Shown here one piece after another: positions 1 through 8,906 of a stretch of 64,000 nt of DNA. The position numbers were made by a program, and so were the translations under genes. The notes beneath the pieces were generated by a model, which did no database searches, was not told where the DNA came from, and was given only the letters and a program-made list of their open reading frames with translations. Each line of letters starts with the position of its first letter. Position 1 is the first letter of the stretch. The stretch is from Chloroflexota bacterium (GTDB taxonomy: Bacteria; Chloroflexota; Dehalococcoidia; JACPPT01): contig JACPPT010000006.1 of NCBI GenBank assembly GCA_016190815.1, forward strand, positions 2,723 to 66,722, in the 5' to 3' direction.

Positions 1-1
1 C

Positions 2-730
2 GCTCGCCATATCACCGATGCCCTGGATGCGGTGGGGAACACCACCAAAGCCCTGACCAAGGGATACGCCATGGCGTCTGCCGCTCTTTCCGCCTTCCTC
101 CTCTTCAGCGCCTATATGAAGGAGGTAGCAGATACCACTGGCAAACCCTTCACCATAGTCAACATCTCCAAAGTCGAGGTTTTCGTAGGCGCGCTTCTGG
201 CTGTTATGCTGGTCTTCCTCTTCAGCTCCCTCGCCATGAGGGCGGTTGGGCGCACGGCCAGCAAAGTAATAGAGGAGGTGCGACGTCAGTTCAAAGCAGA
301 CCCTGGGATTATGGCAGGGACCTCCAGGCCAGACTTCGCACGCTGTGTGGATATAACAGCCAGGGCTGGTCTTAGAGAGATGATAGCCCCAGGGCTTCTC
401 CCCGTTATTGGGCCTGTAGTTGTCGGGGTTCTGCTCAAGGCTGAAGCTGTAGCTGCTTTCCTTATGGTGGGCACCATCGCTGGAATAATCCTTGCCACCT
501 TTATGAACAACGCCGGAGGCGCATGGGACAACGCCAAGAAGTTCATCGAGTCAGGCGGACTCAAAGACGATGAGGGGAAACCGATAATGAAGGGCACCCC
601 TACCCACGCCGCTGCGGTAGTGGGTGACACCGTGGGCGACCCCTTCAAGGATACCGCCGGGCCTTCCCTCCATGTGCTGGTCAAACTTCTGAGCACAATA
701 ACGCTGGTTCTTGCCCCGTTATTTATTTAG
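2..730 (+). CDS. hppA: K+-insensitive pyrophosphate-energized proton pump (membrane-bound H+-PPase), C-terminal portion; the 5' end lies outside the window
   Basis: The reading frame stays open to the window edge. It carries V-PPase C-terminal motifs (HITDALDAVGNTTKA, DTVGDPFKDTAGPSL) and is strongly hydrophobic. Confidence 0.85.
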   Translation, partial: ARHITDALDAVGNTTKALTKGYAMASAALSAFLLFSAYMKEVADTTGKPFTIVNISKVEVFVGALLAVMLVFLFSSLAMRAVGRTASKVIEEVRRQFKADPGIMAGTSRPDFARCVDITARAGLREMIAPGLLPVIGPVVVGVLLKAEAVAAFLMVGTIAGIILATFMNNAGGAWDNAKKFIESGGLKDDEGKPIMKGTPTHAAAVVGDTVGDPFKDTAGPSLHVLVKLLSTITLVLAPLFI

Positions 731-742
731 AAGACGAAGCAA

Positions 743-1372
743 TTAGATAGTAGAGCGCAGGAAGGTGTTCTGCCTCTTCTCCTGACCAATGGTGGAATGA
801 GGGCCATGCCCAGGTAGAATAACGGTCTCCTCTGGTAAGATCAGAAGTTTGCTCTTTATGCTGTTCATGAGATGGGCCCAGCTTCCGCCTGGAAGGTCGG
901 TTCTTCCAACGCCCATATTGAAGAGGGTATCGCCTGTAAAGACCACCCCGTGCCCGTAGAGACAAACTGCCCCAGGAGTATGGCCCGGAGTCTCTATAAC
1001 TGTGAAACGGAGAGTCCCGATTTCCAGGACATCTCCGCCTTTCAGGAATGTGTCCGGCTTTGGAGCCTCTATAAAATCAGGAATCACGCTGCTGCCATAG
1101 AGGGCACTCCCTTTCATCACCGCGATTTCCTTTTCATGAATGGCAAAAATTGCCTTCGTCCTTTCCTTTACAGTCGCCACCGCTCCAATGTGATCCACAT
1201 GACCGTGCGTGTTGATCAGCAGCTTTACTTTAACCCCCAGCTCGTCGACAAGCTTCAGAATGCGCCCGGCTTCAGCACCCGCATCGACAACAGCCGCCTC
1301 TTTTGTTGTTTCACATCCCACCACGTATGTGTTCTCAGAAAAAGGCCCAACGGGCAGCACTTTCAAAATCAT
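743..1372 (-). CDS. MBL-fold metallo-hydrolase (glyoxalase II-like)
   Basis: 209 aa with an HGHVDH metal-binding motif and the overall beta-lactamase-fold pattern. Confidence 0.75.
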   Translation of the reverse strand: MILKVLPVGPFSENTYVVGCETTKEAAVVDAGAEAGRILKLVDELGVKVKLLINTHGHVDHIGAVATVKERTKAIFAIHEKEIAVMKGSALYGSSVIPDFIEAPKPDTFLKGGDVLEIGTLRFTVIETPGHTPGAVCLYGHGVVFTGDTLFNMGVGRTDLPGGSWAHLMNSIKSKLLILPEETVILPGHGPHSTIGQEKRQNTFLRSTI

Positions 1373-1463
1373 CTATATACCTCCAATACACAGTATTTTA
1401 AATAATACAATGGTTGTCAACAAACAGGTCCTGTCCAAGAAGCAACGATTGGCCTGTAAGTAG

Positions 1464-1946
1464 CCATGACACAGACTGGGGACACCCCCTCTAGCTCCCC
1501 CTCTTAGGCGTAAGAGGGGGAGAAAAAAGAAGAAAACTTGGGGCACATCCCCAAACTCCTGCCATAAGGGGAGTTCCCCTTCTGGACTTCTCCCCCAAAA
1601 AGTAAATAAGGCTCCCCCTCCCTCTTCAGCAGAGGAGAGGAAGAAAGCTCAAGGGGGACACCCCCTGGAACCCCCGGAAGGGAACTAGGGTTCCCTTCAC
1701 CCTCCCGTAAAAGACACGGCTGGAGGGATGTTAAGAGGGTGTGGTATCACCACATCAAGAGGTCAGACCAAAAGAATCACCCATTGGGTGAAGCTAGCAG
1801 TATGCGAATCGCCGTTTTGGGGTATCCAAACTTTGGTTGCAGGCTTATGGATGGAGTGTTATCATTGTCTAAATTTGGACTTTGCAGAAGAAGCAATCTA
1901 TAGTGGAGGGGATATTTTGACAGACGAGTCGAAAAACAAGGTTGAC
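1464..1946 (+). promoter_or_regulatory. Long structured 5' leader upstream of glyQS, with multiple perfect G/C palindromes (candidate T-box or other attenuator, unconfirmed)
   Basis: About 480 nt of non-coding sequence before the conserved GlyRS start. Perfect stems include ctccccctctta/taagagggggag (about 1488-1519) and gaagggaac/gttcccttc. There is an imperfect T-box-like 'agggtgtggtatcacc' near 1735. Confidence 0.3.
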
Positions 1947-3407
1947 ATGAATGAAATCGTTTCCCTTTGCAAACGCAGAGGGATAATCTTTCCCTCCAGC
2001 GAGATATATGGCGGTCTGGGCAGCACCTGGGACTATGGCCCCCTGGGAGTGGAGCTTAAGCGCAACGTAAAGGACGCCTGGTGGAAGGCTGTGGTCCAGG
2101 AGCGGGAGGACATGGTAGGGCTGGACGCAGCCATCTTGATGCACCCGAAAACGTGGGAAGCCAGCGGCCACCTGGAGAGCTTCACCGACCCCCTGGTGGA
2201 GTGCAGGTTCTGCAACCAACGTTTTAGAGCAGACCAGATCTGGAGGGTCGAGTTTGTAGGGCAGGATGGAAAACCAGTTCACCGAACTACACTCGGAACG
2301 AGCCAAAAAGAAGTGATAGAATCATTTCGTGAGGAAGCGCGGCGGCATCAGCCGAATGGACTATTCTCTGTAAAAGGCCTTACTGAACTCACTGAAGAAG
2401 ACTATCGCACTCTTCGCTGCCCTTCTTGCGATTCTGTCGACAGTCTGACAAAGTCTCGTATGTTCAACCTGATGTTCAAGACCTTTATGGGCCCCGTGGA
2501 GGATGAGGCTTCCCAGATTTACCTCCGTCCTGAGACCGCCCAGGGCATATTCGTTAACTTTGAAAACGTGCTCAATAGCTCCCGAAGGAAGATGCCGTTC
2601 GGCATAGCACAAATAGGCAAGTCCTTCCGAAACGAGATAACCCCAGGCAACTTCACCTTTAGAAGCCGGGAGTTTGAGCAGATGGAGATCGAGTACTTCG
2701 TCAAGCCCGGCACCGACGAGGAGCAGCTTAAGTCCTGGGTAGAGGAGCGATTCCAATGGTACATAAATCTGGGGATAAAGAGGGAAAACCTGCGCATCAG
2801 GCCTCACGGGAAAGAAGAGCTTGCCCACTACGCCAAGGCCTGCTATGACATCGAGTACTCATTCCCCATGGGCTGGTCTGAGCTGGAGGGAATTGCCAAC
2901 CGAAGCGATTACGACCTGAAACAGCACACACAGTATAGCGGCAGAGACCTGAGCTACTTCGATGAGGAGACAGGCGAGCGCTATGTGCCATACGTAATTG
3001 AGCCATCGGGGGGCGTTGACCGAGCCATCCTTGCTTTCCTCGTTGATGCATATTATCAGGAAGAGGTGCGCGGTGAGACCCGGGTGATCCTGCGCCTGCA
3101 CAAGGCCCTGGCACCTGTAAAGGTAGCCGTCCTGCCGTTGAGTCGGAACGAAAAGCTCCTGCCCATGTCCCAGGAGGTCTACAAAAGTCTGAAGAGACAC
3201 TGGATGGTGAGCTACGATGATGCCCAGAGCATTGGCAGAAGATACAGAAGACAGGATGAGATAGGCACCCCCTTGTGTGTAACAATAGACTTCCAGTCCC
3301 TGGAGGACAAAGCGGTTACCATAAGGGATAGGGACAGTATGGAGCAGATAAGGGTGAGGGTGGAGGAACTTAAAGACGTTCTGCATCAAAAGCTGAGTGA
3401 GGAATAA
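1947..3407 (+). CDS. glyQS: Glycine--tRNA ligase (alpha2 homodimeric type)
   Basis: Full-length class II GlyRS homology. The conserved N-terminus [23 protein letters not shown] begins at the internal ATG at 1947. The ORF-track start at 1728 lies in the leader. Confidence 0.9.
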   Translation: MNEIVSLCKRRGIIFPSSEIYGGLGSTWDYGPLGVELKRNVKDAWWKAVVQEREDMVGLDAAILMHPKTWEASGHLESFTDPLVECRFCNQRFRADQIWRVEFVGQDGKPVHRTTLGTSQKEVIESFREEARRHQPNGLFSVKGLTELTEEDYRTLRCPSCDSVDSLTKSRMFNLMFKTFMGPVEDEASQIYLRPETAQGIFVNFENVLNSSRRKMPFGIAQIGKSFRNEITPGNFTFRSREFEQMEIEYFVKPGTDEEQLKSWVEERFQWYINLGIKRENLRIRPHGKEELAHYAKACYDIEYSFPMGWSELEGIANRSDYDLKQHTQYSGRDLSYFDEETGERYVPYVIEPSGGVDRAILAFLVDAYYQEEVRGETRVILRLHKALAPVKVAVLPLSRNEKLLPMSQEVYKSLKRHWMVSYDDAQSIGRRYRRQDEIGTPLCVTIDFQSLEDKAVTIRDRDSMEQIRVRVEELKDVLHQKLSEE

Positions 3408-4665
3408 CCTGGTCAGATTCATTCACTTTTCAGACCTGCACATCGGGGTAGAAAACTACGGGCCTGTGAATCCAGAGAGCGGTTTTTCCTTCCGCCTGGA
3501 GGACTTCCTCGGGGTCTTTGACGAACTTGTGGATTTCGCTCTGGGGAACGACGTGGAGCTCGTCCTTTTCTGTGGAGATGCCTATAAAGGGAGAGAGCCC
3601 AGCCCAACACACCAGAGGGAGTTTGCCAAGAGGGTAGCAAGGCTTGCCCACAATGGCGTCAAAGTCTTTCTACTGGCGGGCAACCACGATATCCCTAACG
3701 CCAGAAACTACGCATCTGCGATAGAGATTTTTCAGACCCTCTCCACACCGAATGTGATCATTGCAGACAGGCCGGAAATATACCGAATTAAAACTAAAGA
3801 AGCCGTTTTACAGGTGGCAGCACTCCCCTGGCTTAAACGCAGCGGCCTTCTAAGTCGAGAGGAATACAAGGGTGTAACCTTCGAGGAGATGAACAGGGCC
3901 CTTGAGGAGACCCTCGCCAATAGTCTCATCACACATATAGAGAAACTAGATAGAGGTCTTCCCTCATTGCTTGCGGCCCATGTCACTGTCTCAACTGCCA
4001 AACTTGGCTCCGAGCGGAGCATGATGGTAGGCCAGGACCCCGTGCTCCTTCTGAGCAACCTGATGAACCCCGCCTTTGACTACGTTGCCCTGGGGCACAT
4101 CCACAAAGCCCAGGTGCTCTGCCAGAAGCCTCCTGTGGTCTACCCGGGAAGCCTGGAGCGGGTTGATTTCAGCGAAGAGGCTGACGATAAGGGGTTCTTC
4201 GTTGTAGATATGGACCCCAGAGGAAGCCCCGGCGAGAGGGTCATAGAATACCGCTTCCACAAGGTAAAAGCTCGCCCCTTCGTAACAATTGATGTGGAGA
4301 TCCCCGAAGGAGAAGACAACCCCACTGCGTTTGCGCTTAAGAGCATATCACAGAAGGACCTGTCCCAAGCCGTTGTCAGGGTAAACATAAAGGTTCCAGC
4401 TTCTATTGAAGGTCTTATTCGGGAGACTGAAGTCCGAAGAGCCATTCTTGAGAGAGGCGCCTTTTTCGTTGCCTGTGTGGCAAAAGAGATACAGACTCGC
4501 TCACAGCGGAGCGCCCGCCTGGGAGATCTTCCCGCGGAGAAGTTGACCCCTATAGAAACACTGAAACTATATCTGGAGCTAAAGAAGGTTCCTCATGAAA
4601 GGATTCCGCTTATCCTGGAATACGGAAGGAAATTAGTATCGGGTTCCCTGGCTCAGAGGGAATGA
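3397..4665 (+). CDS. sbcD: DNA double-strand-break repair nuclease SbcD/Mre11-family metallophosphoesterase
   Basis: Phosphoesterase motifs FSDLHIG, GDAYK, GNHD, GHIH and VVYPGS are present. The GTG start overlaps the glyQS stop. No sbcC follows. Confidence 0.7.
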   Translation: MRNNLVRFIHFSDLHIGVENYGPVNPESGFSFRLEDFLGVFDELVDFALGNDVELVLFCGDAYKGREPSPTHQREFAKRVARLAHNGVKVFLLAGNHDIPNARNYASAIEIFQTLSTPNVIIADRPEIYRIKTKEAVLQVAALPWLKRSGLLSREEYKGVTFEEMNRALEETLANSLITHIEKLDRGLPSLLAAHVTVSTAKLGSERSMMVGQDPVLLLSNLMNPAFDYVALGHIHKAQVLCQKPPVVYPGSLERVDFSEEADDKGFFVVDMDPRGSPGERVIEYRFHKVKARPFVTIDVEIPEGEDNPTAFALKSISQKDLSQAVVRVNIKVPASIEGLIRETEVRRAILERGAFFVACVAKEIQTRSQRSARLGDLPAEKLTPIETLKLYLELKKVPHERIPLILEYGRKLVSGSLAQRE

Positions 4666-4678
4666 GAAAGGAGACTTC

Positions 4679-5041
4679 ATGCCAGAGTTATTTTGGGATG
4701 TCCAGAAAGTTGCAAAGGAAAAGACACCTTCCCCCAAAGAACCTATAACATGGACCTACATGCATCAGGGTAAATATGCAACGTTAAATATTGTGCAGGC
4801 TCTGACGGAGATAAAGCCCCACATACACAAAGACCACGATGAGGTCGTATACATATTCTCCGGCAAAGGGAAATTCACCATAGGGGATATAACCCATGAT
4901 ATAGGACCCGGCACCGTATATTTTGTGCCAGCGGGGGTTGTGCATGGTGGAAAGATAGAGAACGGTGTCGCTGTATCGACATATGCCCCTTTCTTCGATT
5001 TCAAAAAGCCCGACAGAGTATGGGTCTCGGAGCAGAAATAA
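4679..5041 (+). CDS. Cupin domain protein
   Basis: 120 aa with a small beta-barrel signature (VPAGVVHGG). An RBS gaaaggag lies upstream. Confidence 0.65.
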   Translation: MPELFWDVQKVAKEKTPSPKEPITWTYMHQGKYATLNIVQALTEIKPHIHKDHDEVVYIFSGKGKFTIGDITHDIGPGTVYFVPAGVVHGGKIENGVAVSTYAPFFDFKKPDRVWVSEQK

Positions 5042-5053
5042 GCAGGCCTATTT

Positions 5054-5170
5054 CGGTTTTGTCCATAAAGCCTATTAGCAAGACCGCTGCCACTCTGAGC
5101 CCTTCGGCCCCAAGCGGGCCTCGAGGACAAGCTCCGCGAAGGGTCTGCCCTTATGACTTTTTGTGCAAGG
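5054..5170. mobile_element. MITE-like element, family B, copy 1 (about 117 bp), flanked by a 10-bp direct repeat ggcctatttc
   Basis: Shares its ends and a core (ctgagcccttcggcccc..ctccgc.aagggtctgc..tgactttttgtgcaaggcg) with the copy at 35774-35940. A direct repeat sits at 5044-5053 and 5171-5180. It lies between convergent gene ends. Confidence 0.6.
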
Positions 5171-5174
5171 CGGC

Positions 5175-6131
5175 CTATTTCAGAGAGGAAAGGATGGCTT
5201 CAGCGCCCTTCACCAAGTCCTGTACTACCTTATCGGCGCCGACTACGTCTGTTATTAGCCCTGCGTCCTCCCCACAATATAAGGGCCCATCCTCCAGCTT
5301 CCCATCAAGTAAAACAGCGCGGGCCCTTTCTGCCGACATGAGATCGATTACACCATCCCGAGCAGCCCCTTCTGACTCCAAAGAGAGAACTTTGGCAACA
5401 AACTTGCCCTTCAACACACGGCTATGTGTTAGGCTGCGGGTCAGTACAGTGGTGCCCGTATCTATCGCCTTTGCTATGGCTTCTTTGACATTCCTGTGAG
5501 CTATGCACTCAGTTGTTGTAATAAAACGAGTCCCGATCTGAATCCCATCAGCACCCAGGGCCAGGGCTGCTGCGAACCCTCTTCCATCGGCAATGCCCCC
5601 GGCGGCAATAACAGGTATTTCAACTGCATCCACAATTTGTGGAACCAGCACAAAGGTCGTCAGTTCGTCAAAACCGGTGTTCCCGCCGGCCTCATATCCT
5701 TCAGCTATGACGGCGTCCACTCCTGTTGCTTCTGCACGCTTGGCATGCCTAACCGAGGCCACCACATGCAACACCTTGACATTTGCGTTCTTGAGGTAGC
5801 TGGTGTAGAGTGCCGGATTGCCCGCGGATGTTATGGCCACTCGAATTCCACCCTCAACAGCCGCGTACATAAGCTTCTGGATATTGGGTAGATTGAGGTT
5901 AAAGGTAACACCAAAGGGTTTCTCAGTGAGGCGCTTTACCCTTTTCATCTGTTCTCGCAAGTTCTTTACTTCATCCCCACGCGCAGACATGCCGGCATTG
6001 GGAATGATAACCCCAAGGGCACCAGCGTTGGAAACGGCTGCTGCCAGCTCCGCACTGGATATCCATGCCATCCCCGCCTGGATGATGGGATATTCTATGC
6101 CCAGAAGCTGACAAACTCTTGTCCGTTTCAT
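5175..6131 (-). CDS. NAD(P)H-dependent flavin oxidoreductase of the nitronate monooxygenase / 2-nitropropane dioxygenase (FabK-like) family
   Basis: TIM-barrel FMN protein homology. The conserved start MKRTRVCQLLGIEYPIIQAGM is taken as the start. The ORF track begins 9 codons earlier. Confidence 0.75.
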   Translation of the reverse strand: MKRTRVCQLLGIEYPIIQAGMAWISSAELAAAVSNAGALGVIIPNAGMSARGDEVKNLREQMKRVKRLTEKPFGVTFNLNLPNIQKLMYAAVEGGIRVAITSAGNPALYTSYLKNANVKVLHVVASVRHAKRAEATGVDAVIAEGYEAGGNTGFDELTTFVLVPQIVDAVEIPVIAAGGIADGRGFAAALALGADGIQIGTRFITTTECIAHRNVKEAIAKAIDTGTTVLTRSLTHSRVLKGKFVAKVLSLESEGAARDGVIDLMSAERARAVLLDGKLEDGPLYCGEDAGLITDVVGADKVVQDLVKGAEAILSSLK

Positions 6132-6216
6132 TGTGGACTCTCCTTTCCAAACTACCATAGCTGGGTTTGGCTTTAGATTCTATTGACAAAGGAGCCGTCT
6201 GTCAATGCTGCGTGTC

Positions 6217-6780
6217 TTAATTCCCCTGCAAATCGTCAAGGTGCGGGCTGCTTCTCCAGGCCAACCTCTTCACCCTGCCTGCTTTTATGAGGTTTTCGAG
6301 AAGTGTCTCCAGGGGAACCCCCCTCTTGGGGCATATAAGACCAGGTGCTATTTCAATCAGCGGGATAAGGACAAAGGCCCGCTCATCTATCCTGGGGTGT
6401 GGGATGACAAGCTGCGGCGTCTCCATAACCAGGTCCCCATAAAAGACGATATCTATGTCTATGATTCTGGACGCGTTGGGAAAGCTAGGCTTTCTGCCCA
6501 TGGAGAGTTCAATTTCCTTGGCAAACGCCAATAGCGAAAATGGCTCTAATTGAGTGATGGCACGGCAGCAGGCATTTAAGAACCATGGTTGCTCTTTATA
6601 ACCAACAGGTTCCGTCTCATAGGGAGAGGAGAGCTTCTCCACTTGAATTTTATCCGCAAGCCTTTCCACCGCCATCAAAAGGTTCAGTTCTCTATCCCCT
6701 AGATTAGAGCCAAGGCAGAGGTACACCGTTGCAGGTCCTGACAACTCATGCTCCTGACTTGAACCTTCGAACAATGGCAT
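6217..6780 (-). CDS. folK: 2-amino-4-hydroxy-6-hydroxymethyldihydropteridine pyrophosphokinase (HPPK)
   Basis: Carries the LGSNLGDR signature and an HPPK-length core. It has an N-terminal extension of about 15 aa relative to typical HPPK. Confidence 0.85.
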   Translation of the reverse strand: MPLFEGSSQEHELSGPATVYLCLGSNLGDRELNLLMAVERLADKIQVEKLSSPYETEPVGYKEQPWFLNACCRAITQLEPFSLLAFAKEIELSMGRKPSFPNASRIIDIDIVFYGDLVMETPQLVIPHPRIDERAFVLIPLIEIAPGLICPKRGVPLETLLENLIKAGRVKRLAWRSSPHLDDLQGN

Positions 6781-6985
6781 CAGCCATTCTGTAAACCCTT
6801 ACCATCTCCTTGACGTCATGCACCCGAACTATGTCCGCGCCTTTCGCTATGGCTATAGCAACGGTCGCAGCCGTCCCTTCCAAGCGCTCATCGACGGGGA
6901 GAGCGAGGGTTAGGCCAATCATTGTCTCCACTAAAACCTGCTTCCCCCCCATCCCAATTCAGCCACAGTCTCTTAAATTTTAACA
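6746..6985 (-). pseudogene. folP: Decayed remnant of dihydropteroate synthase (C-terminal about 70 aa only)
   Basis: The 68-aa ORF matches the DHPS C-terminus (ERLEGTAATVAIAIAKGADIVRVHDV). Upstream in the same frame there are residual DHPS-like residues (NL.., ..IGMGGK) interrupted by TGA and TAA stops. Only 172 bp remain before the next gene. Confidence 0.55.
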
Positions 6986-7124
6986 CATAGCAAAGATGGG
7001 GGGCATAACCAGGGGTAACTCCTCTTGGAAACACCCAACGTCATCATCTACCTCGCCTTGCGCTCATGGAGATAATCTGTTAGGATGTAACAGGTTAAAA
7101 ACTTCACAACCTGCCACTTAAGGA

Positions 7125-8675
7125 ATGTCAAAAGAAAATAGGCTTGAAAAGCTCAAAAAACTGAGAGAGGCTTCCAGGCTGGGAGGTGGTGAGGAGCGAA
7201 TAAAACAGCAGCACACCCGAGGGAAGCTCACTTCCAGGGAGAGAATCGCTCAGCTTCTGGACGAAGGCACTTTTGAGGAAGTGGATGCCTTCGTGACTCA
7301 TAGAGCTACCGAGTTTGGCCTCGCTGAAAGGAAATTCCCCGGGGATGCGGTGGTTACTGGCTATGGACAGATCAATGGAAGGCTGGTCTACATTTTTTCC
7401 CAAGATTTTACCGTGTTTGGGGGATCCCTTTCGGAGGTGGTCTCTGAAAAGATATGCAAGATTATGGACCTTGCAATGAAGAATGGAGCACCAGTAATAG
7501 GGATAAATGATTCGGGCGGGGCTCGAATCCAAGAGGGGGTCGTGAGCCTGGCCGGATACGGCAATATATTTTTGCGCAACACCATTGCATCCGGCGTAGT
7601 CCCTCAGATTTCCATAATTGCAGGACCCTGCGCCGGTGGCGCTGTGTACTCCCCAGCCCTCACCGACTTCATATTCATGGTTGAGGGCACTGGCCAGATG
7701 TATATAACCGGCCCCGATGTTATAAAGGCCGTCACGGGGGAAGATGTCACCCATGAGCAGCTAGGTGGTGCGCTGGCCCATGCCACAAAGAGCGGAGTAG
7801 CCCACTTTTCCATGGAAAGCGAAGCCATCTGTCTCCAGGCGGTCCGCCGCCTCCTGGCTTTCCTACCTCAGAACAACACTGAGGACCCGCCGTCGATAGA
7901 GCCAACAGACGATCCAAATCGAAGAGAGGAGCGCCTTCTAGATATAGTGCCGGAAGACCCGAACCTGCCATACAATATGAAGGAGGTTATCTCTCTTATA
8001 GTGGACAACAGCGATTTTATGGAGGTTCATCAGGGATACGCCCAGAACATAATTGTGGGATTTGCCAGACTTGACGGCCGCTCTGTAGGCATTGTAGCCC
8101 AGCAACCCACTCACCTTTCGGGCGTAATCGACATAGACTCCTCTCTTAAAGCAGCGCGTTTCGTCCGCTTCTGTGATGCCTTCAATATCCCTCTTGTAAC
8201 CTTTGCCGATGTGCCAGGGTTTATGCCAGGAACACAGCAGGAATATGGAGGGATAATAAAGCACGGTGCCAAGCTCATATATGCCTATTCGGAGGCGACG
8301 GTTCCAAAGGTCAGCGTCATCACTCGAAAGGCCTACGGCGGCGCATACGATGTTATGAGTAGCAAACACCTCCGCGGCGACATAAACTACGCTTGGCCAA
8401 CAGCGGAGATCGCTGTAATGGGACCTGAGGGTGCCGTCAATATAATCTTCAGGGACAAAATAGCCAGATCGTCAAACCCCGAGGAAACACGCAAGAAGCT
8501 CATCGAGGACTACAGGAACACCTTTGCAAATCCATACATTGCTGCCTCCAGGGGATATATCGATGATGTAATAGACCCCAGGGAGACTCGCCCCAAGCTC
8601 ATCAGAGCCCTGGCCATGCTCCAAAACAAACGAGATACCGACCCACCCAAAAAACACGGGAATATTCCGTTATGA
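7125..8675 (+). CDS. Methylmalonyl-CoA carboxyltransferase 12S subunit / propionyl-CoA carboxylase beta chain (acyl-CoA carboxyltransferase)
   Basis: 516 aa with full-length carboxyltransferase homology (both CoA-carboxylase CT domains). Confidence 0.9.
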   Translation: MSKENRLEKLKKLREASRLGGGEERIKQQHTRGKLTSRERIAQLLDEGTFEEVDAFVTHRATEFGLAERKFPGDAVVTGYGQINGRLVYIFSQDFTVFGGSLSEVVSEKICKIMDLAMKNGAPVIGINDSGGARIQEGVVSLAGYGNIFLRNTIASGVVPQISIIAGPCAGGAVYSPALTDFIFMVEGTGQMYITGPDVIKAVTGEDVTHEQLGGALAHATKSGVAHFSMESEAICLQAVRRLLAFLPQNNTEDPPSIEPTDDPNRREERLLDIVPEDPNLPYNMKEVISLIVDNSDFMEVHQGYAQNIIVGFARLDGRSVGIVAQQPTHLSGVIDIDSSLKAARFVRFCDAFNIPLVTFADVPGFMPGTQQEYGGIIKHGAKLIYAYSEATVPKVSVITRKAYGGAYDVMSSKHLRGDINYAWPTAEIAVMGPEGAVNIIFRDKIARSSNPEETRKKLIEDYRNTFANPYIAASRGYIDDVIDPRETRPKLIRALAMLQNKRDTDPPKKHGNIPL

Positions 8676-8884
8676 AGAACATGGGAAATAAAGCACTGGC
8701 GGCTACTACAGCCGCCGTCGCTGCCTATATAGAGGAAAGCGAGGAGATAGTGGCCATCGTGGCCGCCGTAAATTCTTGCCTGGAGGAAGAGGTACTTGCC
8801 TCTCGGAAGGGTGCGCCTCCTGAGTATGCCCGGCGGCTTCCGGCACGTTTGGGTGCCATAAGGATAAGGCAACTTAACCCCTAG
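8672..8884 (+). CDS. Small (70 aa) Ala-rich protein, possibly an OadG/MmdD/PccE-like small subunit of the carboxylase complex
   Basis: It is translationally coupled (ATGA overlap) to the 12S gene and lies immediately before the 5S gene. Its composition resembles small carboxylase subunits. No direct motif proof. Confidence 0.4.
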   Translation: MKNMGNKALAATTAAVAAYIEESEEIVAIVAAVNSCLEEEVLASRKGAPPEYARRLPARLGAIRIRQLNP

Positions 8885-8906
8885 CCCCAAAAGTGATGGC
8901 AACATA

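Noticed and set aside
286-696. Many antisense or embedded ORFs of 60-450 aa, for example 286..696(-), 2797..3285(-), 12688..13335(-), 16281..17174(+), 29094..30458(+), 50353..51009(+), 57533..58127(-) and 59951..60577(-)
   Set aside because: Each lies wholly inside a well-supported conserved CDS on the opposite strand or in another frame. They have no recognisable motifs and are typical GC-rich shadow ORFs.
1488-1533. Perfect 12-bp hairpin ctccccctctta/taagagggggag as a terminator
   Set aside because: It has no U-tract on either strand (A-rich on + and preceded by a U-run on minus), and no gene ends nearby. It is treated as part of the leader or repeat structure.
1735-1752. T-box riboswitch call upstream of glyQS
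   Set aside because: I looked for AGGGTGGNACCGCG and a specifier loop. Only the imperfect 'agggtgtggtatcacc' is present, and I cannot fold Stem I by eye. It is left as a candidate in the findings, not a feature.
1728-1946. 5' extension of the glyQS ORF ([10 protein letters not shown]...) and ORF 1209..1463(+)
   Set aside because: GlyRS conservation begins at [12 protein letters not shown] (1947). The upstream part is leader RNA full of palindromes. 1209..1463 overlaps the MBL hydrolase gene antisense.
5036-5046. Coordinate inconsistency at about 5038-5045
   Set aside because: The ORF-track translation (..EISRP..) implies 'aaataagcagg', whereas the displayed sequence reads 'aaatagcagg'. It is not a biological feature. 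Coordinates of non-CDS features between about 5040 and 5200 may be off by 1 nt.
5020-5499. ORF 5020..5499(+), 159 aa
   Set aside because: It starts inside the cupin gene, runs through MITE copy B1, and is antisense to the flavin oxidoreductase. It has low-complexity S/P/A-rich composition and is spurious.
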